Source: Yuukianura sp. NJ FZ-2021 (taxonomy: Eukaryota). From it: 64,000 nt of DNA. The notes under the pieces are model-generated. The model worked only from the letters and a program-made list of their open reading frames with translations. It was not told where the DNA came from and ran no database searches. Positions 28,983 to 42,555 of the stretch are shown one piece after another; the stretch's first letter is position 1; every line of letters begins with the position of its first letter. The stretch lies in contig CM102287.1 in the NCBI GenBank assembly GCA_046563655.1, positions 6,138,001 through 6,202,000 on the forward strand. The letters are read 5' to 3'. A program made the translations under genes and the position numbers.

Positions 28983-30846
28983 ATGGACAACACTGAACTG
29001 ATTCCAGAAATATCACCGGTACAAAAAAGATGGCGTCCAACCGTAGAGCCTCTCATATTTATTGTGTCAATGGCCACGGCCATTTCAGCGCTCACCACTC
29101 AAAATTTCTTTTTGCAACGAATTTGCGAACACGAATTTACAAATGGGACTTTTGATGTGCTCTCCTTTTGTCACAATTTGACACACTACAAACAGCAAGG
29201 TAACGTTTTATACAAATTATATTTATACAGGTAACAAATTATGAAAAAGATCCGAGTAAGAGTGGGATACAAAACAATTAGCATTACATTATGGCCAATA
29301 ATTTGTTATATTTACAACTGTGCAGAAGCCGAAGTCGAAGCAATCGCAGGAGTGTACGGTACATATCGAACGTTTATGACTGCCGGACCGCCAATGATTC
29401 TTGCATTAGTTTGGGGTCAACTCAATGACCGATTCGGGTCAAAACGGATGCTGTTTATACCTCTAATGGGATATTTGATTTCAAATGTCATATTCTTCAT
29501 TCTGACGTACTTCCAAGCATCACATCCAGCATTACTCCTACTTGCAATTGTACCGGATTCAGTTACCGGTGGATCCGTGGCTTTAACGATTTCGCTGTTC
29601 AAACTAGTTGTACATACTTCGACTCCAGAAGAACGTACGTTCCGGATTGGAGTTGCGGAAGGAGCTATGCTAGTTGCAAATCCAATTGGAATGCTGATTG
29701 GAGCAAAGGTACCGGTATCCCAGCTTCATTTCAAAGTTTTGGACAAGCCGTAATCAAATTCAAAATTTGGGTTTTTAATCTGTTGTTGTACGTTTCAGAT
29801 TTTGGAGACGTGTGGATTCGGTCCGGTTTTTCTGATAAGTGGTGCTTTACACATTTTGGGGATGATATCTGCTTGGATTTTTGTTATTGACGATGGACCG
29901 TCTTCAGGGAGTAACGAATCCTCAGAAAACGAATCTTCCCGTTGCTGGTCGCTGGAAAAGTTGAAGGAGTCGGCTCGTGCTTTTGGTCCACACAAAACGT
30001 TACTGTGTCTACTCATATTCATTCCGTCCGTTCGTGTTTTTGTAATGGGTGGAAACGGAACAATCATGATGAATTATACAAGATTTAAATTTGACTGGGA
30101 TCCACTTGCCTTCTCCAGCTTCAGTACTTTCGGTGGCATAGTTTCTGCACTCGGGCTTTTGGCAGTATCAACCATAGCAATGAAAATCTTACATGTTTCA
30201 GACGCATTTCTAGGAGCTGTGGCCTCATTGTCATTTGCTATTGGATGTTCCGTTTGGGCATTTGCCAGCAGTCCATGGTTTATGTACTTTGGTAAACAAT
30301 TTCAACAAAAATTTCATTTTTTTCATTGCACTTTTCAATTTCAATTTAAGAAAAAAGTTTCCGGTTTATTTTTTTAATCAGGCTCGGCTATACAACTTTG
30401 CCAAGGAATTTCAATCATCATTGTTAGGTCAATGATTTCTGGAATTGTTCCAACGGAAGACGTAGGAAAAGCACTTTCGCTGTTGTCAATTCCGGAAAAT
30501 TTGATGCCATTTATTTCAACACCACTCTATACTGCCATCTACAATGCAACTGTGACTGGATTTATTGGAACAGCGTTTCTGGTTTCAACGTATCTAAACG
30601 CATCAGTTGTACTTGCTTACCTGTACGGACTTATCTTCTCTACGCAAAGAAAACAATTTAAAGAAATTTTTGCAAAATTTGAATTATGTGTTTTTTTTAT
30701 TCCCTAGGTACATTTATTTAGCATTCCCTCCATCCGCTACTAGAAACCCTCAACCACTTTATGATGAAGTCGACTCTGACCAGGACCACGAACATACTCA
30801 AATCGAAGAGACTGAAACAAGAAATAACTCGGTACAAGCGACATAG
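28983..30846 (+). CDS. MFS transporter, SLC46/proton-coupled folate transporter-like (multi-exon)
   Basis: Motifs TVEPLIF, WGQLNDRFGSK, STPEERTFRIG, YTRFKFDWD and PLYTAIYNATV; multiple TM segments. Confidence 0.88.
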
Positions 30847-30954
30847 CCTTATGTGCGTTTCTACAATATTGCATTTCCACTTATTTGCAATAAGTTACAT
30901 TGTTATGAATTGTTATAATTATTTAAAACGCCATACGATTGTAGTTACTATTTA

Positions 30955-31187
30955 CTTAAGAGGAGAGGCTTTCAGTCGTTTCTCAAAATAAATTATGGGA
31001 CTAGTCGAAAAAAATTTCTTATAATGAAAGAAAAATTTTGACACTAGTTTTGTTTCAAAGTGCGAAAAAAAAGTTAACCCGAGGTGGATTCGAACTAGTG
31101 TTAAAATTTTTCTTTAATTATAAGAATTTTTTTGCGACTAGTCCCATAATTTAATTTGAGAAACGACTGAAAGCCTCTCCTCGTTAG
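30955..31187. mobile_element. Fold-back MITE with TIRs of about 95 bp between convergent genes
   Basis: GAGGAGAGGCTTTCAGTCGTTTCTCAAA..CTAGT is near-perfectly inverted at 31095-31182; the element is flanked by TA. Confidence 0.8.
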
Positions 31188-31226
31188 TATTATTTGACCA
31201 ACTTCTTCAGTAAACGGCACATCTTC

Positions 31227-33071
31227 TCAAGGGCCCTCGCCTATAAACACTCCGTGGGAGCTCAGCGGCAGAGAGGCGTTGAACGTTGCCCTTGCAATTT
31301 CTTGCATATTTTTAGCATCCAGAAACAGCAAGTAGTCACCCGAGTTGGCTTCCCCCTTACTAACAGTTGCAATCAAAATACCGTCATCTTCCGCATTTCC
31401 GTCCGGATTTGCCACAAACAGTCCCTCACTGATCACAACTCCTTCTGCCTCATTGTACTTCAAAACCTCTCCAGTAGTTGTGTCCACTTTGACAATGGAG
31501 TTGACATGTGGTCCCACGGTATCAAAAAATGAAGTACCGTAAAAGTACTTATAGGGTTTACCCAAGTATCGGTGATTTATAGTTGGAAATTCAATACCCG
31601 GTAATGTCAAATTTTCTGGGCGAAGGACAATAACTTTGCCATCTCGTACAGCACTTCCACAATGTTTCAAGTTTTCATTCAAATTGACTCCTTCTGTGAC
31701 CCCAGTCAGCGATTCCAAAAGCGGAATGACAAATCTCTGAGGTTGTGGCAAAGAATTTTGTACTTGATTTCCTGCGCGTAGGTCAGCAACCATGTTGGAT
31801 AGGATGATGTCGTTATTTGGATATGTTAAAATATCAACAACGAGGTGGCTGGTGACATCATCAGTTTTCAATTCCCAACAATTGATAAAGTGGAAGTAGA
31901 AAAATTGAGATTCAGCCCGAATTTCGACTGAAGAAAAAGGTTTTCCGGTGGATTTGGAAACAATGAAAAATCGATTTTTGAATTTCTTGTCCCACTTGTT
32001 CAAATCTGCAATGGAATTCCCTGCTCGGAATGCTGCAGCAATAATTTTTGGTACTGAAGCTTGATACGGTTGTTCCAAAATAACGATAAAGTTTTGACTC
32101 ATGCCAAAACTATGAATGTAGCTAAATTTTGATAGAGATGAAGATGGAATGCCTCCAAAAACTTCGGATTCTTTGAGTGCTTCGCCCAGCTCACCGACTG
32201 TTGGATCAATTTTGAGCATGTGATACTTGAGTCCAGTGTACATAGATGGACCAATGTTGTAGACAATCCCAGTTTCAGGGTCTGTCAAAGGATGGGCACT
32301 CGTGCATCCTAAGCCGAAAACGGCGTTGCTATCATATCGTTCAGCTATCGACAGCGTACAGGAGTTGACGTGTTGAAAGTTGCAAGTTTCAGCGCATGTG
32401 AATACGTTCTTGCCGATTTTGAAAATCGAGGCTACAAATATTTTTGAACAAAAGGTTAAACAAAATATTGAAAAACAAAATTATATGCCGGGTCGGGTTC
32501 TTTAAAAGGAACTCATATTTAGAATACCCGGTAAATTTTGAACGGAGATTTTTTAACTTACTATTTCCATTGTCGCTAAACACTGGTATTACCTAAATAA
32601 AAACAAAACTGTTAGGCTTATTATGCTATACTTTAGGGTTTAGTATTTGCTATTATTTCCATAGTATGTGTTCTACGAAAATTTAATATATTAATATATA
32701 TTACAAAATTTGTAGATGCTTACATCTGGAAGATGTCTAACAAGGATGCTCTTTTCCGGATCGGCGTAAGACCTTGTACAGAACTCGATATAGCACGGTT
32801 TTCCAGATCCAACGGCTTTTCGATGTGCTTCGGAATCCAGAAATTTTTTAGTCAAACTCACCAATTTTCCTCCACGAATTTCCAGTCGCGTCAAAATTGT
32901 GTAGCCATCATAAAAATTGTTCACAGTGAAATTGGACGGTAAATCAAATTTTCCTGGTCCATTTCGAATGATGACCCCATTTGTATAAGAAGGCAGCACT
33001 TGACCCACCACTTCTACGGTTTCAGCGTCAACCAGTTCCTCTGCATTTTCAAACAACTTGTTTCCTCCCAT
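31227..33071 (-). CDS. Carotenoid oxygenase (BCO/RPE65/NinaB family), 3 exons
   Basis: RNGPGKF, EFCT..PE, SDNGN, EFPTIN and SEGLFV motifs; four Fe-binding His (TSAHP, YIHSF, YFHFIN, LSSHG); small exon at 32562-32592. Confidence 0.9.
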
Positions 33072-33928
33072 GCTGAAATGTGGATATGAAATTTTAGAAG
33101 TTGAATTTCGAAAAAGTTCGGTGTTAGTGGCAACCGCGAAGTCACTTTACAAATCTCCTTTTAAAGGTGTACAGAAAAGGTCGCCGGGAATTTTCAAACT
33201 TGAGTATTCTGGAACTGTGAATCGGAATTCAGAGAAAGTCGTTTTATGGCGAACTTTATCCACTGGCAATTCGAATTCGCGGAACTAACGACTATGCGTT
33301 GAGGAAGTGACAGTGATAAATTTGTTATTCCAGAATCTTACGGCTGGCTGTTGCGACAGAATTTAAACAAGTCAACTGATTGCGTGCAAAAAAGCTGTCA
33401 CGCCACTTTATGAAAATCAAAACACCAACAATGCTGCGAAAAAAAGTGGAATTTTCGCGGAAAAAATCAGGAAAGAAATTATGAAATTAAATTTTGCAAG
33501 TGCAAGATCGTTGTAGAATTCTTGGAGTTGACTAGGAACAAATTTTCCTTATTGCGAAAAATCCTTTTGGAACAGGGAGTGGCTTATTTTTGACATAAAC
33601 ATCAACAATACAATGGAAATGGAGACAGTGGATTATATGTACATGACGCATAAAAACCTGTACAAGGGATCAACTTCGTCAGTCCTGTCACTGCGTCAAT
33701 TCCGAAAATTATTTGTTGTGAAACGGAAAAATTAGACAAGTAACGTAGAAGGAAAATATTTGCAAATGTTGTGAAATTCAGTTAGGTCGGAGAACTTTTT
33801 CATAAATTTAGGCTCCATTGCCACAAAAAGGCAGGATGAAACGAAAGATGCTGCCAGTTTGAGGCTCCAACAACTCGGAATTTTTTTTTATGTTCGTGTG
33901 AAAATTTGAGAAGTTCAAAAAAAAGAAC

Positions 33929-36212
33929 ATGGTGTCTGGTTTTGACGTTTTGCTTTTGGTCTTATTTTCCATCTTCTTCGTGGCAACGCTAAAGGAAGAG
34001 AAGAAACGAAGAAGAAGTTCAGTAACGTCGAATTATGCGGCAGAAAGAAGACGGTCATCAGCATTGTCAAATTCGGCGGTAGGAAATATTGAATCACTTA
34101 AAGAATTTCACGGTAAGCAGAAAACCGCAAATAATACTAAAACAAAATTCGCAAACGGAAATATATTAGCGTCTTAGTTCAAGTTATTTTCATTGCAACA
34201 CAAAAATGTTCGAATTCTCAAAACTGAATTCAGCATTTAAAAAAAAATTAATAATTCAAAAATTGCTACAGAATATTCAAAAGTTAAAAAAATTTTAAGG
34301 TCCACGTGCTTTACCGATTATTGGTCATGCGCTTCAGTGGATCTGGATCGGCACTACGCGAAACTTATACGACACGATTCATGAATTTTGTAGACGCTAC
34401 GGATCTGTTTGTGGTCTCTGGGTTGGAAATCAATATTTTGGTAAGGTTTTGAAAATGAAAAAATTTTTTGATACTTATTCAAAGAAAAATTTCGGTTTAA
34501 ACAGTTTTTATTGAGGATCCGGTAATTGGAAGGGAAATTTTGAATCAAGAAGACCTTCATCGTAAATTCCCAGCAACATCAATAACATATGAATTGTATG
34601 GACATTACAATTTAGGTAATTAAACCGAAAGTTTAAAAAAATTGTTCTACAAAATGAAGAAATGATAAAATGTGGATGAATATTTTACAGGAATTAGCCA
34701 GGCACATGGTGACGTCTTAAAGGAGATGCGTCGATTTGCAAGTCGCGGGCTAAAACGCTTTGGGTTTGGCAAATTCGCATCCATGGACGATATTGTTCGG
34801 CATGAACTAACGAAATTTTTAAAAGCATTTGAAACTTCGCGTCAAAATGGCAATGGGGTAGTTTCTATGGATGAAGCATTTTATGTACCTACACTAAACG
34901 TTCTTTGGAAACTGATGACTGGTGAAGCCTTTACTCCACATGACAGTCGTCTCATAAATCTCATCGGCTTGGCGCGGAAAGTTTTGAAAACGGATCCGCC
35001 TGGCGGCTCGCTTCCATTTGCCTTCACATTTTTGACGTACATACCTGGCTTAACGATTTTTCAAGACGCCAAAAAATTTTGGTTCGAAATACGGGCACTC
35101 CTTGGAGAAATTGTTGTCCAACGGAGAGCTAATGGCCACTTCGTAAAGGACCCGGAGTGCTTCATAGATTTATTTCTCCATGAAATTGAAGCTGGTGAAG
35201 ACCCGATGTATACAGGTAAAAATGTTTACAAATAATTTAGTCTAATGTATTATTCTATTTATTTGATTGATTGATTATTGTATTTATATATTTTATACAA
35301 TATTTTCAGATGCTCAAGCCATTCAAACATGTATGGATTTGTTTCTCGCTGGATTGGACTCGACTGCGAATACTCTGGATTGGATGATAATTTACCTCGT
35401 TTCTTATCCAACAGTATATGCCAAAGTTGTGGCAGAAATTGAAGAGGTCATAGGTTACGAGCAGCTTCCCACAGTGCAACACAAGGCGAGGTAACCTACC
35501 TGCAGTTGTGAAAAATCTTAGATTTTGGTTTCATGCGTTAGGTTTTCAAAAAATTTGTAGTTTTTACAATTATGAAGTTTAAAAAAAAATTCTGCAGAAT
35601 GCCGTACACGGAGAGCGTCATGCTTGAAGTGATGCGAATTGCCAATGTGATTACCTATACGATGAGGGCGCCACTTTATGAAACTACGTTTCAGGATTAC
35701 AAAATTCCAGAAGTGAGTATTAATTTACGAAATTTTTTCAAAAATTAAAAGAAGCTCTAAAGAATTTTCTGTCGTTTGTTTTGTAATAGGATACGCACAT
35801 CTTAGTGAAGCTGGATTGTTTTCATAAAAGTAAAGAAATTTGGGGTGATCCAGAAATTTTTCGGCCTGAAAGATTCTTGGATTCAAAAATGAATATTATC
35901 AACGCTGATAAAATTTTCACATTTGGATTTGGTAAAAACGTGTTTCTCAAAAGCTTCGTTTTCGTTTACTAAAGTAATTTTCCATCTCCTTTGACTTTCT
36001 TCTTTTCATTTTCAGGAAAGCGAGCTTGCATTGGTGAAATTTCATCAAAATTGAGCATCTTCCTCTTCCTCACAACGTTTTTACAAAATTACTTTTTGGA
36101 AGTTTCGCCTCATCATCCCGCCCCGTCTCTCCTGCCTGAACGTGGAATATTGATTTCTCATCCAACTGCATACTATGTCAAGGCCACTCCAAATCCCAAA
36201 AATAACAATTGA
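33929..36212 (+). CDS. Cytochrome P450 (CYP2-clan-like), multi-exon
   Basis: N-terminal anchor; GPRALPIIG; I-helix DLFLAGLDST; EVMR; FRPERF; heme motif FGFGKRACIG formed across an intron. Confidence 0.9.
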
Positions 36213-36816
36213 ATTTCTATCAAATACAAATTAATTATTTATGTTTGTACTCAATTGTAATTAAATATAAGTTGTTTTTATCCTATAAGATTGTCATTGT
36301 CATCAAACACTAAACTGGCTCTCCGAATTAAACTTACTCCATAGCGAAACAGGAAAAGTTGGAATCTTTTCGCAATAATTATAGTAACTTATTTCCTTTT
36401 GTGAACAAATCTTAGGAGGAACTGGATTGAAATTTTTTAATACGAGTGTCATTTGGAACTTCCTGAGGAAAGGATTTTCCTGGAAGCATATGAGATGTTG
36501 TCTTCTTTCTATGGAAATAAACCAACGGTTTTCCTTGTCACTTTCAACATCTTAAAGTTCTCATGAATTCTATTGTAACAAAAAATTTCATAACAAACAA
36601 GTTTTTCCATTTTCAAAGAAGACAACAGGATAATTGCTTGTTGTTTATTGACGTTTTTTGTTGAAAGCGGAAAATCTAGATATCCACAGAAGACCAAAAG
36701 AGTTGACTCTATTCGTAATTGTAAACTATTACGAGTATTAAGTATCAAGTAGATAACTCAAATTCATTCTATTGAAATTGAAGTCAAAGTTTTTGGTTAG
36801 TTTTGTATCAACTACA

Positions 36817-39208
36817 ATGTTCGTTGAAGTCTTGATTCAGTTACAATTGTCTACGATTATTTTGGGCATAGCGTCTATTTGTAGTCTCCTATTTGTAAAA
36901 TTTTTTATTCCGAGGCAAGTACTATTCTCCTCGTGTGTTCATTAAGCTTTATTTTCTTTTTTAACAACATATTGGATGCGACATTGAGAAAACTTTTTGA
37001 ACGTGTATTCTTTTTTATACAGAAATTCTAAGGAAAACCTCAAGTGGCTCAACGGTTAGTCTTTTTTGTGAAATGACTTGATTTGTATGTAAGTAATTGG
37101 TTTGCTATTCGTAAGTAATTGGAGTACTTTTTATCTTTTTACAAAGGGCCTCGCACGCTCCCGCTTATTGGCGCTGGGATTCAAATCGCGTGGCTTGCAG
37201 CTACAAGGACGTTGAATGACACTGTGAAAGAATTGGGTGCAAGATATGGCGACATTTGTGGAGTCTTTGGATCACGAAACAATTACTTTGGTAAGAAAAA
37301 ACGGATTTGCTCAAAATGCAAATTTATAATAGTTTTCAAGATTGTTGCGTTTATATTTAAAAAAAATGTTTTGTAGTGTTTGTTACTGGAGCAGAAATGG
37401 CGAAGAAAATTCTCAAAGATCCAAATTTTGAAGGAAAGTTTCCCCAAAGTTCTTGGGATAGCCTGTTGTACAGAAAACCTAATTTAGGTTAGTGAGAGCT
37501 AATTGACCTAGCCAAAATTAACCTATAATTAACCTAGAACCCAATGCATCTCTGCATCACTATGATATCTTGTGCTGTGTTTTGATCTTAGGGATATTGC
37601 ACTCCTTTGGATCGACCAATAATGAACTGCGTTCTCGCACAATTTCAAAATTACGAAAATATGGCTATGGAGATCCCAAATTTCCTGACCTCCTGACCTC
37701 CCTTGTCCAGCGCACAATTAGAAAATGGGAAAGTGAAATTCAAAATCAAGATGCAAGTCAACCTGAAATAGTTGTACTCATTGACAAGTACTTTTGCATG
37801 GAAGAGATGATGGACATGATATGGACCATATTGATTGGAAGTCCATTTCCTGGAGACCATAAACTTTTTAGAAAATTTGTGGACAATGCAGAATTTTCTC
37901 TAAATGAAAAAGTGAAGCAATTTGTAATTTTGTATGCCTACAAAATTGCCAGGTTTATTCCATACCTCACCGTTTACCAACCCACAAAGGCGTGGTTTGA
38001 AGAAACTGAAGAACTTATCAAAGTACCTTTTTTAAAAAAAGAAAGTTGCTGCAAAGTTGAAACACTTTCTAATTTTGAGTTTTTTAAAAGAAAATCATCC
38101 ACAACCGAAGATTGGCGTATAAGAACGTAGAAGCAAACTTCCTGGACAGCTTCCTTTGTGATATTGACAGCAAAGTCCACGAGGATGTTACAGGTCCCGT
38201 GCTTACTTTTAAATTTAAAAAGTGGATGTTCTAAAAATATTTTTAGTTTAAAATATTTTTTAATTTAAAAAATTATGCAGAGGAGCAACTGATTTGGATT
38301 TTGAATGATTTGCACTTGGTGGGAGTGACTGGCTTGGCGTCAAGCAGCTTGCAGTGGGCTATTCTATTTCTATGTCTCAATCCAATAGTAATGGACAAAT
38401 TTGTAGAGGAGATTGATAGTGTAATTGGATCGGAGAGATCTCCCACAATAGACGACAGGTCAAGGTATGTATATGTAATTCTAATCTATTTTCCAAATCA
38501 AAACAAAATTCGTCGAAAACAATTTTGTCGAAATTGGGTGGAACCACTCTAACCTGATTGTTCATCACAATCTACAGAATGCCTTACACCGAAAGTGTTA
38601 TACTGGAGACCATTAGAATGGGAAATGTTGTAAACTATGCAATGAGGTCCAACTTGAATGACATTACTTTCGACGGATACTTTATTCCAAAGGTAAAATA
38701 CAACAATTTTACAATGCATTTCTTTTTTCAATCACATATAAGTATTTAGTATACATAATATTGGATAATATTCTGTGTAGGAAACCCTTGTGATGGTTGA
38801 TACGGAATGCCTTCGGAAGGATCCGCAGATATGGGAGGATCCAAACATTTTCAGACCTGAACGTTTCTACTCTGCGGAAACTCAAACTGTCGTGAATACT
38901 GAAAAGCTAAACGCTTTTGGATTCAGTAAGCCCAATTTCCAAATGAAATTAGTAGCTTTTACAATCAAGAATTTTCACACGAGCAATTTTTTTAATTGCT
39001 AATTTTCATGTTCTCTTTATTTTCAGAACGACCTTGCCTTGGAGAAAATATTGTTAAGCAAAGTAATTTTATATTTTTGACGAATCTCTTTCAGAAATAT
39101 AAAATTCAACTTAAGCCAAACTCTCCAATTCCATCAATCGAAAGCAAAAGTGGATTAATTGGAGGACCTAATCCATTTCACATTAAAGTTGCAACTAGAC
39201 ATATGTAA
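36817..39208 (+). CDS. Cytochrome P450 paralog with atypical I-helix and heme loop; first intron GC-AG
   Basis: Anchor exon 36817-36914, 32-nt exon 37023-37054, GPRTLPLIG, ETIR, FRPERF, heme region AFGFKRPCLG. Confidence 0.85.
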
Positions 39209-40067
39209 TCCTGAAGCTTCACTTTCAAAATTTGCGATTAAATAAATGAGCCATGTCAATGTCAAACCTCATCCTTATGTCAAAAAAAAATTAATAAAGG
39301 CAAATTAAAAATAAAATTCACTTAAACTACAACAAGCATTCACAATCAACCCAAAAACCAATCCGAAGTTGGAAATTGTTTTATCCTAATGGTTTCTAAT
39401 CGCAATTTGGAAATTCTCATCAAAATTGTAGTTCGGCATACCCATCGAACTTAAAACTTTCCAACAAACGAAGACGAATTATTATATAAATTTTAATTTA
39501 CTTAGCAAGATAAAAAGTTTCCCTGGGAGAACCATTTCAACTAAACAGAAAGCTATAGGTTTCGAATTTCGTTTTATTAAAGGAACCTCCTCAACGGCAA
39601 CCGGGCAACCTTCGCAACATAATTTTTCCGGAGTGGAATAATCTTCTTCTGGAAATTTAATGTAACTTTGCAAATGCTTTTGGTTGTCCTTCAAGCGTAT
39701 TTTCATTCTGCTGAATGTTTGAGCTATTGTGGGGCAAGGAAGAAATATTGACAGTAGCCACACGGAAAGGTACTTTTAGCCTAGCGAGTTTGCCACGAGT
39801 CTTTGAATTATACATCATCTCATAGAAGCATTTTCAGTCCACAGTCTGAAGTTCAGACTGAATTCTTTATGTGCAGTTCAGACTCTGAACTGCACATCAA
39901 GAATTTCAATGTAAAATGAATTTAAAATCATTACAGAAAAACTATTGAGAATAATTCTCAACAAAGAGAATAAAGAACAATTATTGTTCTTTATTTATCA
40001 GTTTACAAAATAATATACAACTTTTAACATCTCTTTGCGAGTCGACTTGTCATCATCAATAATCATC

Positions 40068-41408
40068 ATGCTGTCCGATTCTGCTTTAAAGTATGTCCGT
40101 TTGCTCAACATTTTGTACTATTTTTGTTTATCCAATCGCTACTTTGAATTTGATTCCAAAAAACACCGTGTAATTGTGCACCACGATCCGAGAAATTTCA
40201 GACACGAATTCGCTCCAATTCTACTCTCGTACTACAATGCAATACAACTATTATTGTTGGTAATAACAGCTCTGTACGACTGGTATTTTTATAAAGATCT
40301 GGAACTGTACACTCGAATTTACGCCCTGGCCGTGTCCTTGATAATACTTTGCGCTACCTCTGCTCAGTTCATCCTCATTTGCAGAAACGAAGCACTCAAT
40401 GACCTTACAAAACTCTTCGACTTTGATCAACAAATAAGTGAGAAAGTTACATTTTTATTCTAATTTGTTATAAGAGATTCTTATTAAGATAATTTTTACT
40501 GTTTAATAACGCAGATAAAGTCGTGGAAACGGCGGAAAGGCTTCCGTCGTCTTTCAGAACCGTGACAGCATTTATTATTTTCGCCGCTATATTTTCTCCG
40601 CCCACGTTTTTGTACGCCGTTGTCAACAAGATACATGCCGCTGCAGTTGCGAAAACATTAATAGAAGGGATTTTTGGACGGTTCGCCTGGATTGGTCTAA
40701 TTTTGAGTTCAGTTGCATTTTGTGCATGCGTTGTTGTGAGTAACACTACAGTTGCAACTGTACTTCTCGCGAACGAACTTCTGACTCTTGTTATGGGTTT
40801 CTTCAAAATGGCAAGGTATTATAACAGCTCATGTTAACATGCTCTAAGCTAATCTCTGTCAGTTATTGTAGCAGGGTAAATTAAGTCAAACATTCGATAC
40901 TTAAATTGCTTGATTAAATTGTAGGAAACACATCGAATGTACGGCGGTTCTCGAGCAAGCGGCATGGAGGCGGCGATTTACTATTTTGTTCAGGGCATCA
41001 TTTCTTTGGACAAACTTTTACACCTATGAATTCTCAGAGTTGCTGTCACTAGTAATGGTCCCAGTACTTGCCATGACTACACTGGTGTTATTTTGCATCA
41101 TTCGATTTCATTCCGAGTGTGGGCTGGTTCCATCTGTTGGCCTCTTGGTAATAATCTTCGCAACATTATGGCACATGAGAGACATATTTGACACGGTAAA
41201 CAAAGTCAAAATTTATGAGTCGAAGCTTCTACGTACTATACAAAGGGAGCCTGGCTTTACCCCAATCGAGAAGAGGTCCATTTTTGCTTGTCCCATTCGA
41301 CCTATTCCACTTGGATCATTCAACAAAATAACGCCAGCAACATTCTTCTACATTGTAAGCGATGTCATCGTTGGCAGAGCCATTGACTTAGTCTTGCTTA
41401 CCAGATAA
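40068..41408 (+). CDS. Divergent chemoreceptor-like 7TM protein (3 exons)
   Basis: Hydrophobic exons; C-terminal CPIRPIPLGSFNKITPATFFYIVSDVIV; paralog of the next gene. Confidence 0.72.
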
Positions 41409-42555
41409 AACTGTTGTAGATAATGAGAAAGTTCTTGTGCAACACATACGCTAATAGCGTAACGCTAGACTCCTAATATCTAATTGTTCACATATTCTTT
41501 AACATTTATGTGCTTACTGCTTATATCCACGACAACACTTACAATATTCTACCGAAGTTTAGTAGTCAAGCCACAATCCTAACCGTAGACGATTTTCATG
41601 TAACCCGTAGTTCGAAGTCAACGGTTTGGTAAAATTTTGTTGAACGAAAGGAAATTTCTAATAATCGTGCAACATCTGCAATAGCAATTGGAATTTGTAA
41701 ATCTGTATACAATGTGTTGTGGTTAGCCTGTTTCACCTTAAACATTCTTAGAATGTTAAAAATAACCTTTCAATAAACGAGTTTAAGCTTTACCGGTGTT
41801 ATACGCAATATATTTATAACTTCTCAAAATTCATCGCTAGTTACTTAAGAATGCCGTCATTTCAAAGATTTCACAAACAAATTATTTAGTCAACTAAGAT
41901 TCTATAACCGCCAAGCGTTTTGTTTGTTTGCGAAATTTTTTTTTCTAAGAAGAAAACCATTTTTTACGTTTAGGTCCACGTTTCGTATCATTTTCTTTTT
42001 TGACAAACCTTCTGATCCGAGTAGCTTAAATTTCGAATTAGTTTACCATGTAACTATTCCAAGTGCTATATGCTCAGCAAAAAGACATGAAAGTGGTAAA
42101 AAAAAATGTTAGAAACAGTTATCAAGTTAACTGCCGACGGCATCAGACTATAATATGTTTCTTTTTTGTCGTTGAACGATTTTTTTTGTGTTTCTCTATT
42201 TCTTCGGAAATTAAATTAACCAAGTTATTACCAGCGTAAATAACAAATAAAAACCTTAATGGTCTGAACCATGCCAAATTTGTCAAAAACATCGTGGTCC
42301 GCTTTGCCAAAAACTGAAAAATATGCATTTTTAAAGAATGGATCATTTCAATTACTTGAATTGCAAAAAAAAAAAAAAAAACACTTTCAAATGTAATTAC
42401 AAAAGCTAAAGTAATTTCAAAAAAATACAAATAGGTTAATCTTTCTTAATTACTCTTTCACGTCAAGTGCCAGCCACAATAAAACAGAAAATTATGTTGC
42501 TGTTTGTATTAGTCGTCAATTTCTCTGAACATTAGTTGAACCTCACTTTACCAAC

